Under the pieces are notes generated by a model. It saw nothing but the letters and a program-made list of their open reading frames with translations. It did no database searches and was not told the origin of the DNA. A stretch of 44,165 bases of DNA. It comes from an uncultured Candidatus Saccharibacteria bacterium. Lineage in GTDB: Bacteria; Patescibacteriota; Minisyncoccia; Phycocordibacterales; Phycocordibacteraceae. Positions within the stretch are counted from its first letter, which is position 1, and every line of letters begins with the position of its first letter. The stretch is from positions 613,555-657,719 of the forward strand of contig CAZDPG010000001.1 in assembly GCA_964507275.1 (NCBI GenBank), in the 5' to 3' direction. Shown in pieces: positions 6,680 through 14,828 of this stretch. The position numbers and the translations under genes were made by a program.

Positions 6680-7321
6680 ATGAAAAATGTCGTGATGGGT
6701 ATATTGCTTATCGTGCTTATCGGCATCGGCGGACTCGTATATCGAAACGCCGTCGAACATCCTTCGCGCCCGATCGCGTGCCCGCTCGATTCAAAATCAT
6801 GTCCCGACGGATCGCTTGTTGCGCGCTCCGGTCCGGCGTGTGAATTCGGGGCATGCTTGCCGCCGAACGTGTCGCTCACGGATGCGCGCATCTTGTTCGC
6901 TCTACCGGAAAGTTTTGTTCCTGCTGAACTTCCTGATGCTACGAGCATTGCCGCATACGAGGCCTCTGTCGCTTCTTCGACCGGAAGCTCTCGGATCGTC
7001 GTCCGGCGGTACGCGATAACGGCCTCGTCGACGGCACTCGCCGCCATCCAAGAGACGGCTATCGATGGCACGGGGCAGCCGATCCCGGCGACATCGTTCT
7101 CCTCGTCAGTGATCGGCGCGCGGCGTTTCGCTATCGTATCGATAGGGCGTTTCGGGGGAGTCGTACATACCGCGTATTACCTCGCTCGAAATGCCGATGT
7201 CCTGCGTTTTGATGCTATCGATACCAGTGTGTCGAACTGGAGTGATAGTGAATTGGACATTACATCTCTACCGGCACATGCGGCGCTGATGAAGCTTCTC
7301 ACGGCCATGCAAATGTTATAA
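6680..7321 (+). CDS. Hypothetical membrane-anchored/secreted protein
   Basis: MKNVVMGILLIVLIGIGGLVY is an N-terminal TM or signal anchor. The listed start at 6647 abuts the tRNA. The extended -10 TGcTACTAT (6665-6673) lies 6 nt before ATG 6680. Confidence 0.6.
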   Translation: MKNVVMGILLIVLIGIGGLVYRNAVEHPSRPIACPLDSKSCPDGSLVARSGPACEFGACLPPNVSLTDARILFALPESFVPAELPDATSIAAYEASVASSTGSSRIVVRRYAITASSTALAAIQETAIDGTGQPIPATSFSSSVIGARRFAIVSIGRFGGVVHTAYYLARNADVLRFDAIDTSVSNWSDSELDITSLPAHAALMKLLTAMQML

Positions 7322-7355
7322 TAGGGGGTATCCATAACCATTAATCATCTCCGCC

Positions 7356-8159
7356 ATGAATGACAAATCTCTATCAGAAATATTCGCTACCGACGGAGTG
7401 CGCATCGCTCTCACGAGTGCGCTCGTTGTCCTCACGTTGTTCCTCATCGCACAGACCATGATGCTTGTCGGAAGTTTCGGTCGCTCGGGCATCCCAGCGA
7501 CGGATACGATCACCGTAAGCGGTGATGGACAGGCAACGCTTCCTCCTGACGTCGCGAAAGTAACCTTCACTGTCCAGAATACGGAGGCAACGGTCGTCGA
7601 AGCTCAGGCAGCAACAACGAAGCAAGCAAACGCCGCTCTCGCCTTCGTGAAAGAGCAGGGCATCGCAGATAAGGATGTCCGGACACTCTCCTACAACATC
7701 TATCCGCAGTATTCATACCCGAACCCTTGCAGGAGCGGCGTGTGCCCTGCGTATAACGACGCACCGAAGATTATCGGCTACCAGGTGTCTGAGACAGTCC
7801 AGGTAACGATACATGATCTTGCCTCTGTGGGGGCATTCCTCGGCGGTCTCGGCAAGCTCTCGGTGCAGAATGTCTCCGGACCAGAATTCTCTCTTGACGA
7901 TACGACGGCTGGATACGATGCTGCTCGCGCTGACGCCATCGCGAAAGCGAAGAATCAGGCGACCGAGCTCGCTCGCCAACTCGGGGTCCGACTCGGCAAG
8001 ATAGTTAACTTCAGCGAATCCTCAGGCAATCGTCCGTACCCTATGGTGTATGGCATGGGTGGGAGCATGATGGACGCGAAAGAGTCCTCGGTGCCGAGTA
8101 TTCCGGCAGGAGAGAACACCTACTCGTCGTCTGTTTCCATCACCTACGAGATTCGTTAG
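7356..8159 (+). CDS. SIMPL-domain (DUF541) protein with N-terminal TM anchor
   Basis: ITVSGDGQATLPPDVAKVTFTV...IIGYQVSETVQV...AIAKAKNQATELARQLGVRLGKIV matches the typical SIMPL/26-kDa periplasmic immunogenic protein pattern. Confidence 0.8.
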   Translation: MNDKSLSEIFATDGVRIALTSALVVLTLFLIAQTMMLVGSFGRSGIPATDTITVSGDGQATLPPDVAKVTFTVQNTEATVVEAQAATTKQANAALAFVKEQGIADKDVRTLSYNIYPQYSYPNPCRSGVCPAYNDAPKIIGYQVSETVQVTIHDLASVGAFLGGLGKLSVQNVSGPEFSLDDTTAGYDAARADAIAKAKNQATELARQLGVRLGKIVNFSESSGNRPYPMVYGMGGSMMDAKESSVPSIPAGENTYSSSVSITYEIR

Positions 8160-8174
8160 GAACGAGGTATACAC

Positions 8175-8219
8175 AACCGCCCGTCCTGTCTCAACAGGAT
8201 GGGCGGTTGACTCGTTTTT
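8175..8219 (+). terminator. Rho-independent terminator after the SIMPL gene
   Basis: 14-bp stem AACCGCCCGTCCTG / CAGGATGGGCGGTT followed by GACTCGTTTTT. Confidence 0.8.
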
Positions 8220-8235
8220 GACCCCGTACTATACT
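8207..8235 (+). promoter_or_regulatory. Sigma70-like promoter of secE-nusG-rplK
   Basis: TTGACT at 8207-8212, a 17-nt spacer, then TATACT at 8230-8235. Confidence 0.5.
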
Positions 8236-8245
8236 GCGAATGTTG

Positions 8246-8265
8246 AAAGCCCGCAGGGCTTTTTT
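8246..8265 (+). terminator. Leader hairpin plus U-tract between the promoter and secE (possible attenuator)
   Basis: AAAGCCC-GCA-GGGCTTT followed by TTTTA, only about 10 nt downstream of the predicted transcription start. Confidence 0.4.
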
Positions 8266-8285
8266 ATTTGACCAACGATACTTCC

Positions 8286-8471
8286 ATGACCTCACCATTC
8301 ACCTACCTGAAGCACGTTCGCGAAGAATTCACCCATGTCGTCTGGCCGAGCAATCGGACAGCAGTCGCGCACACTCTTGTTGTTGTTGGTATTGGCATGA
8401 TTATTGCGCTTCTCGTCAGCCTCCTCGATTATGTTTTCAAGACCGGCGTGAGTAGCATTATCGGCGGGTAA
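8286..8471 (+). CDS. secE: Preprotein translocase subunit SecE (start uncertain: TTG 8268 or ATG 8286)
   Basis: Single-TM small protein with VREEFTHVVWPS followed by a hydrophobic helix. It sits in the conserved position immediately upstream of nusG. Confidence 0.8.
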   Translation: MTSPFTYLKHVREEFTHVVWPSNRTAVAHTLVVVGIGMIIALLVSLLDYVFKTGVSSIIGG

Positions 8472-8481
8472 CTTTCTTACT

Positions 8482-9120
8482 ATGAACGACCAGGATTTTC
8501 ACAGCGGCGAGGCGGACCTTCCAGAGGAGGTTGGCATGGCTGATATCGCTCCGGAAGTGCGTAAGGAGATTCGCGATGAAGTGGCGCCTAATCCGGAAGA
8601 TGCGCGCTGGTACACCATTCATACCTATGCTGGCTACGAGAATGCCGTCGAACGCAACTTGAAGCAACGCATCGAGTCTTTGGGCATGGAAGGAAAAATC
8701 TTTGATGTCATCGTCCCGACCGAGAAGAAGATTCGTGTGAAAGGGGGCAAGCGTGTTGTCGAAGAAGAGAAGATTTATCCAGGCTACATCCTCGTGCGTA
8801 TGATTGTTGATGATGACTCGTGGTTCGTCGTGCGCAATACGCCGCGCGTCACTGGTTTCGTCGGGAGCGGGAACACGCCGGTTCCGATGGAGGAGTCCGA
8901 AGTGGCTTCTCTCATGAAGCGCATGACCGCTGAAGCGCCGAAGCACCGTATCGATCTAGTGAAAGATGATCATGTGGTCATCGCCGACGGTCCGTTCAAG
9001 GACCTGGAGGGCAAAGTGGGCGAGATCGACGAGGATCGTGGGAAGGTGAAGGTCATGGTCTCGATGTTCGGTCGCGAGACTCCGGTCGAGCTCGACTTTT
9101 TGCAAGTTAGGAAGTTATAG
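8482..9120 (+). CDS. nusG: Transcription termination/antitermination factor NusG
   Basis: NGN motifs WYTIHTYAGYEN and YPGYILVRM. C-terminal KOW region DHVVIADGPFKDLEGKVGEIDEDRGKVKVMVSMFGRETPVEL. Confidence 0.9.
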   Translation: MNDQDFHSGEADLPEEVGMADIAPEVRKEIRDEVAPNPEDARWYTIHTYAGYENAVERNLKQRIESLGMEGKIFDVIVPTEKKIRVKGGKRVVEEEKIYPGYILVRMIVDDDSWFVVRNTPRVTGFVGSGNTPVPMEESEVASLMKRMTAEAPKHRIDLVKDDHVVIADGPFKDLEGKVGEIDEDRGKVKVMVSMFGRETPVELDFLQVRKL

Positions 9121-9138
9121 CGTAAAGTCCCTTATATT

Positions 9139-9561
9139 ATGGCTACAATCGTAAAAAAGATTAAATTGCAGATCCCTGGCGGCAAGGCAACGCCTGCGCC
9201 TCCGGTCGGCACCGCACTCGGTCCTGCTGGTGTGAACATCGGTCAGTTCGTGACTCAGTTCAACGACGCGACCAGGGACAAGATGGGCACGATCATCCCG
9301 GTCGAACTCTCAGTCTTCGACGATCGCACATTCACCTTCATCATGAAGAATCCGCCGGTGTCTCGGCTCATTCTGAAGGCGCTCGGGCTCGAGAAGGGCT
9401 CCAGCAAGTCGCAGAAGGAGCGCAGCGTCGGAAAGCTGACGAAGGCACATATTGCGGCCATCGTCGCCGAGAAGATGCCGGACCTCCGAGCAAACAGTCC
9501 CGAAGCGGCCGCAAAGGTTATTGCAGGGACGGCACAAAGCATGGGCATTGATGTTGAATAA
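9139..9561 (+). CDS. rplK: 50S ribosomal protein L11
   Basis: [34 protein letters not shown] is the L11 signature. Confidence 0.95.
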   Translation: MATIVKKIKLQIPGGKATPAPPVGTALGPAGVNIGQFVTQFNDATRDKMGTIIPVELSVFDDRTFTFIMKNPPVSRLILKALGLEKGSSKSQKERSVGKLTKAHIAAIVAEKMPDLRANSPEAAAKVIAGTAQSMGIDVE

Positions 9562-9582
9562 ACCTTTCTCACGAAAATAAAG

Positions 9583-9610
9583 AACGGCACCCGCAAGGGT
9601 GCCGTTTTGT
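9583..9610. terminator. Bidirectional terminator between rplK (+) and folA (-)
   Basis: AACGGCACCC-GCAA-GGGTGCCGTT flanked by an A-tract upstream and TTTTG downstream. Confidence 0.8.
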
Positions 9611-9625
9611 TCGTCACGGACTTCG

Positions 9626-10150
9626 TCAACAAGGAACGCGTTCGTAGATATGGAACGATGTTTGATGCTCGTCCCCCGGATGTTTCCGTGCTGGGGATGC
9701 GTCTATCTGTCGCCACGAAGGCCAGCGCATTTGAGGGAAGAACGCGTCGCCCTCGACTGGCACATGGACCATCGTGATATACGCCTTTTGCACGAGCGGG
9801 AGGAACAGGCGATAAATCTCCGATCCTCCGATGACGCACGCTCGTCCGCCGTGTGATGCCGCCACGAGAAGCGCTTCGTCGATGGATGACACCATCTCAA
9901 GCGATGGCGAGAGACGTTGCGAGCAGTCCCTCGTGAGGACGATGTTGTGTCGCTCTGGGAGCGGTCGGAACTTCTCCGGCAGCGACTCCCACGTTTTGCG
10001 GCCCATGATGACAGCGCGTTCCTGAATAGTGATTTTCTTGAAGCGCGCCATGTCGCTCGGTAAGCGCCAGGGTATCGAGTTGTCGCGTCCGATGACTCCT
10101 CCCGGGGTCATGGCTACGATGAGTGAAAGAGCTAAGTTGTTCGGTAGCAT
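9626..10150 (-). CDS. folA: Dihydrofolate reductase
   Basis: LSLIVAMTPGGVIGRDNSIPWRLPSDMARFKKIT...VIMGRKTWESLP. Start taken at the internal ATG (10150), preceded by GGGAGA (complement of 10157-10162). Confidence 0.85.
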   Translation of the reverse strand: MLPNNLALSLIVAMTPGGVIGRDNSIPWRLPSDMARFKKITIQERAVIMGRKTWESLPEKFRPLPERHNIVLTRDCSQRLSPSLEMVSSIDEALLVAASHGGRACVIGGSEIYRLFLPLVQKAYITMVHVPVEGDAFFPQMRWPSWRQIDASPARKHPGDEHQTSFHIYERVPC

Positions 10151-10280
10151 GGTAGGTCTCCCGTTGGTTGTGATCTGACGACATTCTCTGCTTGTGCCGG
10201 CCAAGCGTCAATATTGCGCCATCTCGGCTTCGAGCGTACAGTGCTTCCGGGTCAATCCGACCAACAATCAGGAGGACGTG

Positions 10281-11126
10281 ATGGAACAGTACCTTGCCTT
10301 AGAACGGCTCATTCTGGATCACGGGCACACGAAGGCCGACAGGACGGGCACGGGGACGCTGAGTATTTTCGGACACCAGATGCGTTTCGATCTTGCCGCC
10401 GGCTTCCCGCTGCTCACCACCAAGAAGCTGCATCTGCGCTCGATTATCCACGAACTGCTCTGGTTCCTGAGCGGCGAAACCAACATCCGCTATTTGCAGG
10501 AAAACGGCGTGACCATCTGGGACGACTGGGCTGACGAGAGCGGCGATCTCGGTCCGGTGTACGGCCATCAGTGGAGGCACTGGCCGAACTGGGTTTTGGT
10601 TCCTGGACACGGGGGACCGACCGACTGGATACCGGATCAGATGGAAAATCATCCCATCGATCAGATTACCGAATTGATTGACGGCCTGAAGAAGAATCCG
10701 GACTCGCGTCGTCATATCGTCACCGCATGGAATCCGGCCGATGTGCCGAAGATGAAGTTGCCGCCCTGTCACTGCCTCTTCCAGTTCTATGTGGCGGATG
10801 GCAAACTCTCGTGTCTGCTCTATCAGCGGAGTTGCGACGTCTTCCTCGGCGTGCCGTTCAATATCGCGTCCTATGCGTTGTTCGTCCTGATGGTGGCGCA
10901 GGTCTGCGGACTCGCCCCAGGTGATTTCGTGTGGACTGGCGGCGACTGTCACCTGTATTCGAATCACCTGGAACAGGCACAGCTACAGCTCACGCGCGAA
11001 CCACGGACGCTTCCCACGATGAAGATCAATCCGGACGTGAAGGACATCTTCGGCTTCAAATACGGAGACTTCACTCTGGAAGGATACGATCCGTGGCCGC
11101 ACATCGCGGCGCCGGTCTCGGTGTAA
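10281..11126 (+). CDS. thyA: Thymidylate synthase (ThyA type)
   Basis: [38 protein letters not shown]...[19 protein letters not shown] at 10270-10276 precedes ATG 10281. The listed start at 10194 is an upstream extension. Confidence 0.95.
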   Translation: MEQYLALERLILDHGHTKADRTGTGTLSIFGHQMRFDLAAGFPLLTTKKLHLRSIIHELLWFLSGETNIRYLQENGVTIWDDWADESGDLGPVYGHQWRHWPNWVLVPGHGGPTDWIPDQMENHPIDQITELIDGLKKNPDSRRHIVTAWNPADVPKMKLPPCHCLFQFYVADGKLSCLLYQRSCDVFLGVPFNIASYALFVLMVAQVCGLAPGDFVWTGGDCHLYSNHLEQAQLQLTREPRTLPTMKINPDVKDIFGFKYGDFTLEGYDPWPHIAAPVSV

Positions 11127-11148
11127 TCCGGTTTCCCCAGTTCTTTTT

Positions 11149-11178
11149 GCGACGGTTTCGACCGTCGCTTTCTTTTTA
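11149..11178 (+). terminator. Terminator after thyA
   Basis: GCGACGG-TTTCGA-CCGTCGC followed by TTTCTTTTTA. Confidence 0.7.
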
Positions 11179-11272
11179 TAGGAGTTTGCTTTTTGCCTTT
11201 ACGGCGCGTACAGTTTGCCCGGGTTGCACCATTCACAATCAATCAGGAACCAGACAGAAAAGGAGGTTCACC

Positions 11273-12382
11273 ATGCCAATCGACGGCAATGCAGTCGTAC
11301 TTTCGGACGCGGATTTGTCCGCCATCATCACTGGCGAAGCCCCGTTCATCACCACGAGCGAAGGTTTCTCGAGCGATCAGATTCAAGCATCATCGCTCGA
11401 TCTCACCATCGGGTCGCAAGTGTTCGGCATGGGGGTCGCCTCTCTGCCGCGTGCTGGCGGTAGTATCGCCGACCTGGTCAGGGAGTGTCAGTATTCGTTC
11501 AATCGCGACCAGCCCGGTTTCCTTCATCGGGGATACACGTACATCGTGCCGCTCAACGAAGGCCTCCTGCTTCCGGAAGGATTCTCGGCGAAGTTTTCGC
11601 CGAAGAGCTCGACGGGTCGTACGGACGTGTTCGTGCGTATCTTGGCCGATGGCGTGCCGCGCTTCGACTACGTGCCGGAAGGATATCGGGGAAACCTGTA
11701 CCTTGAGATCACGCCACTGTCGTTCCCAATTCTCATTCGCCCGGGCTTGTCGCTCGTGCAAATGCGGATTCGTAACGGCGATGCCCGCTTGAGCGGCAAG
11801 GAGATTGCGGTCATGCATTCGCACAAGGGCATCTTCATGGACAAGGGGGGCAAGGCGATTCTCACGCACGACCTCAAGCTCGGCGAGCATGGCGTCTACA
11901 TGCACATCGACCTTGATCGCGATGTCGTCGGCTTTGTTTCGCGCAACAACGTCGCCAGCGCCCTCTCGCTCTTCGAAGAAGATACTCATGATCCGCTCGA
12001 GTTCTGGGAGCCCATCAAGCGCCCGCGTAACGGACTCACCCTCAATCCCGATCGGTTCTATCTTCTGCCGACGAAGGAACGGGCACGTATCCCGAACGAC
12101 ATCTGCGGCGACATCGCGCCTTACGACGCTTCGACCGGCGAATTCCGCACGCATTACGCGGGATTCTTCGATCCAGGCTTCGGTGGCGAGAGTGGTATCA
12201 CTGGCGTACTTGAAGTCCGTGGGCGAGAAGTACCGCATCGGCTATTCGACGGCGACCCAATCTGCCTTATGAACTTTGAGCGGGTCAGCCCGGTCACGAA
12301 GCCGTACGAAGGGCACTATCAGAACCCTGGCCCATCACTCTCGAAGCACTTCAAGGATCGTTACGCAGTCTGGGAGTCCTGA
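11273..12382 (+). CDS. dCTP deaminase-like protein, long (~369 aa, two-lobed DCD-type) form
   Basis: IQASSLDLTIGSQVF near the N-terminus and HYAGFFDPGFGGESGITGVLEVRGREVP near the C-terminus (dCTP deaminase/dUTPase-fold motifs). AAAGGAGG at 11258-11266 precedes ATG 11273. The listed ORF start at 10931 overlaps thyA and is not credible. Confidence 0.75.
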   Translation: MPIDGNAVVLSDADLSAIITGEAPFITTSEGFSSDQIQASSLDLTIGSQVFGMGVASLPRAGGSIADLVRECQYSFNRDQPGFLHRGYTYIVPLNEGLLLPEGFSAKFSPKSSTGRTDVFVRILADGVPRFDYVPEGYRGNLYLEITPLSFPILIRPGLSLVQMRIRNGDARLSGKEIAVMHSHKGIFMDKGGKAILTHDLKLGEHGVYMHIDLDRDVVGFVSRNNVASALSLFEEDTHDPLEFWEPIKRPRNGLTLNPDRFYLLPTKERARIPNDICGDIAPYDASTGEFRTHYAGFFDPGFGGESGITGVLEVRGREVPHRLFDGDPICLMNFERVSPVTKPYEGHYQNPGPSLSKHFKDRYAVWES

Positions 12383-12394
12383 TTCATCGATTCG

Positions 12395-12435
12395 CCCCGC
12401 GACGGCTATGCCGTCGCGGGGTTCTTCTTTTGTTT
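12395..12435 (+). terminator. Terminator after the dCTP deaminase-like gene
   Basis: 12-bp stem CCCCGCGACGGC / GCCGTCGCGGGG followed by TTCTTCTTTTG. Confidence 0.8.
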
Positions 12436-12485
12436 CGGCCGGTTTGATGTAGGATGACTCGGGATTAACTATGGAGGATTCTGTC

Positions 12486-12656
12486 ATGAAAGAAGCAAAG
12501 AGTAATTGCATCTGTACGAGGGTATGCGACTGCGAATGCCCGGAGCCTCAAAAAGGTGTTGCCTTGGTGAGCCACGAGTGTCCGGTACACAATGAAAATC
12601 CGCGGCCCCGTCCAGATTGTCGCGCGACCGAGCACTACGCGGCACTTTCTACGTAA
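12486..12656 (+). CDS. Small (56 aa) Cys-rich protein, possible metal-binding
   Basis: GGAGGA at 12473-12478 lies 7 nt before ATG 12486, and the gene has its own terminator at 12671-12697. It has a CICTRVCDCEC cluster plus HECPVH. Confidence 0.4.
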   Translation: MKEAKSNCICTRVCDCECPEPQKGVALVSHECPVHNENPRPRPDCRATEHYAALST

Positions 12657-12670
12657 TTTCGTCATAGCAC

Positions 12671-12697
12671 GGCGCGCCACTGGCGCGCCGGTTTTTC
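12671..12697 (+). terminator. Terminator after the small Cys-rich ORF
   Basis: GGCGCGCC-ACT-GGCGCGCC followed by GGTTTTTC. Confidence 0.7.
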
Positions 12698-12718
12698 ATT
12701 TCTGCTACACTCCTTTGC

Positions 12719-14371
12719 ATGGAAGACCGAATCAGAAAGGCGGTGAACGAGTATCTCTCCACGGCAGGAGCGGCGGATGCTCTCTTTGTCGTCGAGCGGC
12801 CGGGTGAGGCTGTGCACGGCGATTACACGACAAATGCCGCGCTTGTGGCAGCGAAGCAGCTGAATAAGAACCCACGCGAGCTTGGTGATGAGCTCTCTCG
12901 TCATCTCATCGACTCGCTCGGTGCAACAGTTGCAAGCCACGTCTCGGTTGCCGGGCCTGGCTTCGTGAATATCACGCTTGCGCGCGAGGCAGTAGTGCTC
13001 GCAGTCGCTGAAGCTGATGCGAAGGGGACAGAATGGGGGAAGGGTAGGGCGGATGCGGAGCAGCGCGTGATGGTCGAATACACCGACCCAAATCCGTTCA
13101 AGGAAATGCACATCGGACATTTGATGAGTAATGTCATCGGCGAATCGCTCGCGCGACTCACCGAGAACGAAGGGGCAAAAGTCATCCGTGCTAACTATCA
13201 GGGGGATGTCGGACCGCACGTCGCAAAAGCAATCTGGGGATTACGAAAAGCTGGTATCACGGAACCCTCGACGGCGCGTGAGCTCGGCGAAGCGTATGCC
13301 GCTGGATCATGCGCTTATGAAGATTCTCTTGGAGCAAAGGCAGAGATCGATGCGCTCAACCAGGCAATCTACGCCGGTACTGACCACACGCTCCGCGAAG
13401 AGTGGCGCAAGGGACGTGACGTGTCGCTCGCGGCATTCGAGCAACTCTACAAGATCCTCGGGACGCATTTTGATTATTATTTCTTCGAAAGCGAAACAGC
13501 TGAATCCGGGACACGCATCGTCCGAGACGGACTCAATAAAGGCGTGTTCGAAGAGAGTGAGGGAGCGGTCATCTATCGCGGCGAGAAGCAGGGCCTCCAT
13601 ACGCTTGTCTTTATCACGAGCAAGGGTACGCCTACCTACGAGGCGAAGGACATCGGTCTCGCTTTCCTGAAAGAAGAACGTGCGCAGACCGACCGCTCGA
13701 TTATCGTCACGGCCGCTGAGCAGATAGGACACTTCAAAGTAGTGCTTGCGGCGCTCGGCGAGATAGCACCGCTCATTGCAAAGAAGACGATGCATGTACC
13801 ACACGGCTTCCTTCGGCTCACGACAGGAAAGATGTCCTCTCGAGAAGGGAATGTGATTACCGCCGCCGAGCTCATTGGGGAGCTTATCAAGAAGGCGAGC
13901 GAGAAGAATCCAGACCCGGTCATTGCAGAGCAGGTTGCCATTGGCGCCATCAAATACATGGTGTTGCGCCAATCACCGGGGTCGGACATCATCTTCGACC
14001 CGGAGAAATCGCTCTCTTTGGAGGGGGATTCCGGACCATATCTGCAATACGCGCTCGTGCGTGCGAAGAAGATTCTTTCGTATGAGTCCGAAGATGAGAA
14101 TGGTACGGTTGTGCCCTCTACACCGTATGCTATCGAGCGACTCATCCTCCATTTTCCTGAAGTCACAGCTCGCGCTACCGCCACACTCGCACCGAACCTA
14201 CTCGTGACGTATCTCACCGAGCTCGCCGCCGCATGGAACGCTTTTTATGCAACGGAACAAGTTCTCGGCAGTCCGGAAGAAGCGTATAAACAGCGGATCG
14301 TCCGTGCCTTTATGAACACAATGACGAACGGTCTCGCACTCCTCGGTATCCCTGCACCAGAGAAGATGTAA
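12719..14371 (+). CDS. argS: Arginine--tRNA ligase
   Basis: HIGH motif (EMHIGHLMSNVIG), an MSSREGN segment at the KMSK position, and a C-terminal DALR-type anticodon-binding region. The extended -10 TGcTACACT (12703-12711) lies 7 nt before the ATG. Confidence 0.95.
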   Translation: MEDRIRKAVNEYLSTAGAADALFVVERPGEAVHGDYTTNAALVAAKQLNKNPRELGDELSRHLIDSLGATVASHVSVAGPGFVNITLAREAVVLAVAEADAKGTEWGKGRADAEQRVMVEYTDPNPFKEMHIGHLMSNVIGESLARLTENEGAKVIRANYQGDVGPHVAKAIWGLRKAGITEPSTARELGEAYAAGSCAYEDSLGAKAEIDALNQAIYAGTDHTLREEWRKGRDVSLAAFEQLYKILGTHFDYYFFESETAESGTRIVRDGLNKGVFEESEGAVIYRGEKQGLHTLVFITSKGTPTYEAKDIGLAFLKEERAQTDRSIIVTAAEQIGHFKVVLAALGEIAPLIAKKTMHVPHGFLRLTTGKMSSREGNVITAAELIGELIKKASEKNPDPVIAEQVAIGAIKYMVLRQSPGSDIIFDPEKSLSLEGDSGPYLQYALVRAKKILSYESEDENGTVVPSTPYAIERLILHFPEVTARATATLAPNLLVTYLTELAAAWNAFYATEQVLGSPEEAYKQRIVRAFMNTMTNGLALLGIPAPEKM

Positions 14372-14461
14372 CCATGCGACCGGTTGCGTAAAGCCATTTC
14401 TTGAGCTAAATTCTCAAGCGGATTGCACCATCGTGCGTCACTCAAGAAGAGGAGTTCAAGC

Positions 14462-14749
14462 ATGGCGAAAAAAGGGAACGGATACGATGAAAAAGCGGCG
14501 GTCGGGGAGGCCATACGGAGATGCAGGTGGACGCCCCAGAAATTCTTCGCCGAAGCAAAGAAGCGCGGCGGGGTGAATGGATTCGATGCGCTCGCCGCCT
14601 CGGAGAAATTCGCAGCTTTCCAAAAAAACCCGGCAGCGCATTCCGATATTGCCATTCCACGGCCGGTAGTCACTTTCGCCGACTGGGTCCTCACCAAGGA
14701 CATCAAGGATCTGCACGCCAGGCTTCACGACCCCTCTTCCGGCGCATGA
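14462..14749 (+). CDS. Hypothetical protein (start uncertain; the ORF opens at 14423)
   Basis: Only ORF length supports it, plus a downstream terminator at 14770-14800. No motif was recognised. Confidence 0.4.
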   Translation: MAKKGNGYDEKAAVGEAIRRCRWTPQKFFAEAKKRGGVNGFDALAASEKFAAFQKNPAAHSDIAIPRPVVTFADWVLTKDIKDLHARLHDPSSGA

Positions 14750-14769
14750 CGCGCGTTTGACGACAGACA

Positions 14770-14800
14770 CAGTCGCGGTTTTCCGCGGCTGTTTCATTTT
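14770..14800 (+). terminator. Terminator upstream of ileS
   Basis: CAGTCGCGG-TTTT-CCGCGGCTG followed by TTTCATTTTT. Confidence 0.7.
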
Positions 14801-14828
14801 TAGCCTGTAAACGCTACGATAGGCAGAT

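Noticed and set aside
8240-8455. 71-aa ORF in an alternative frame over secE
   Set aside because: It overlaps the SecE frame, which has the expected motif and a TM helix. The alternative translation is Arg/Cys-rich with no features.
10931-11272. N-terminal 114-aa extension of the dCTP-deaminase-like ORF (483-aa version)
   Set aside because: The extension overlaps the 3' end of thyA and its terminator (11149-11178). A strong SD (AAAGGAGG) precedes the internal ATG at 11273, where the family-typical sequence begins.
10299-12238. Minus-strand ORFs 10299..10967 (222 aa) and 11390..12238 (282 aa)
   Set aside because: They are antisense to thyA and the dCTP deaminase-like gene and show no motifs. 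They are shadow ORFs.
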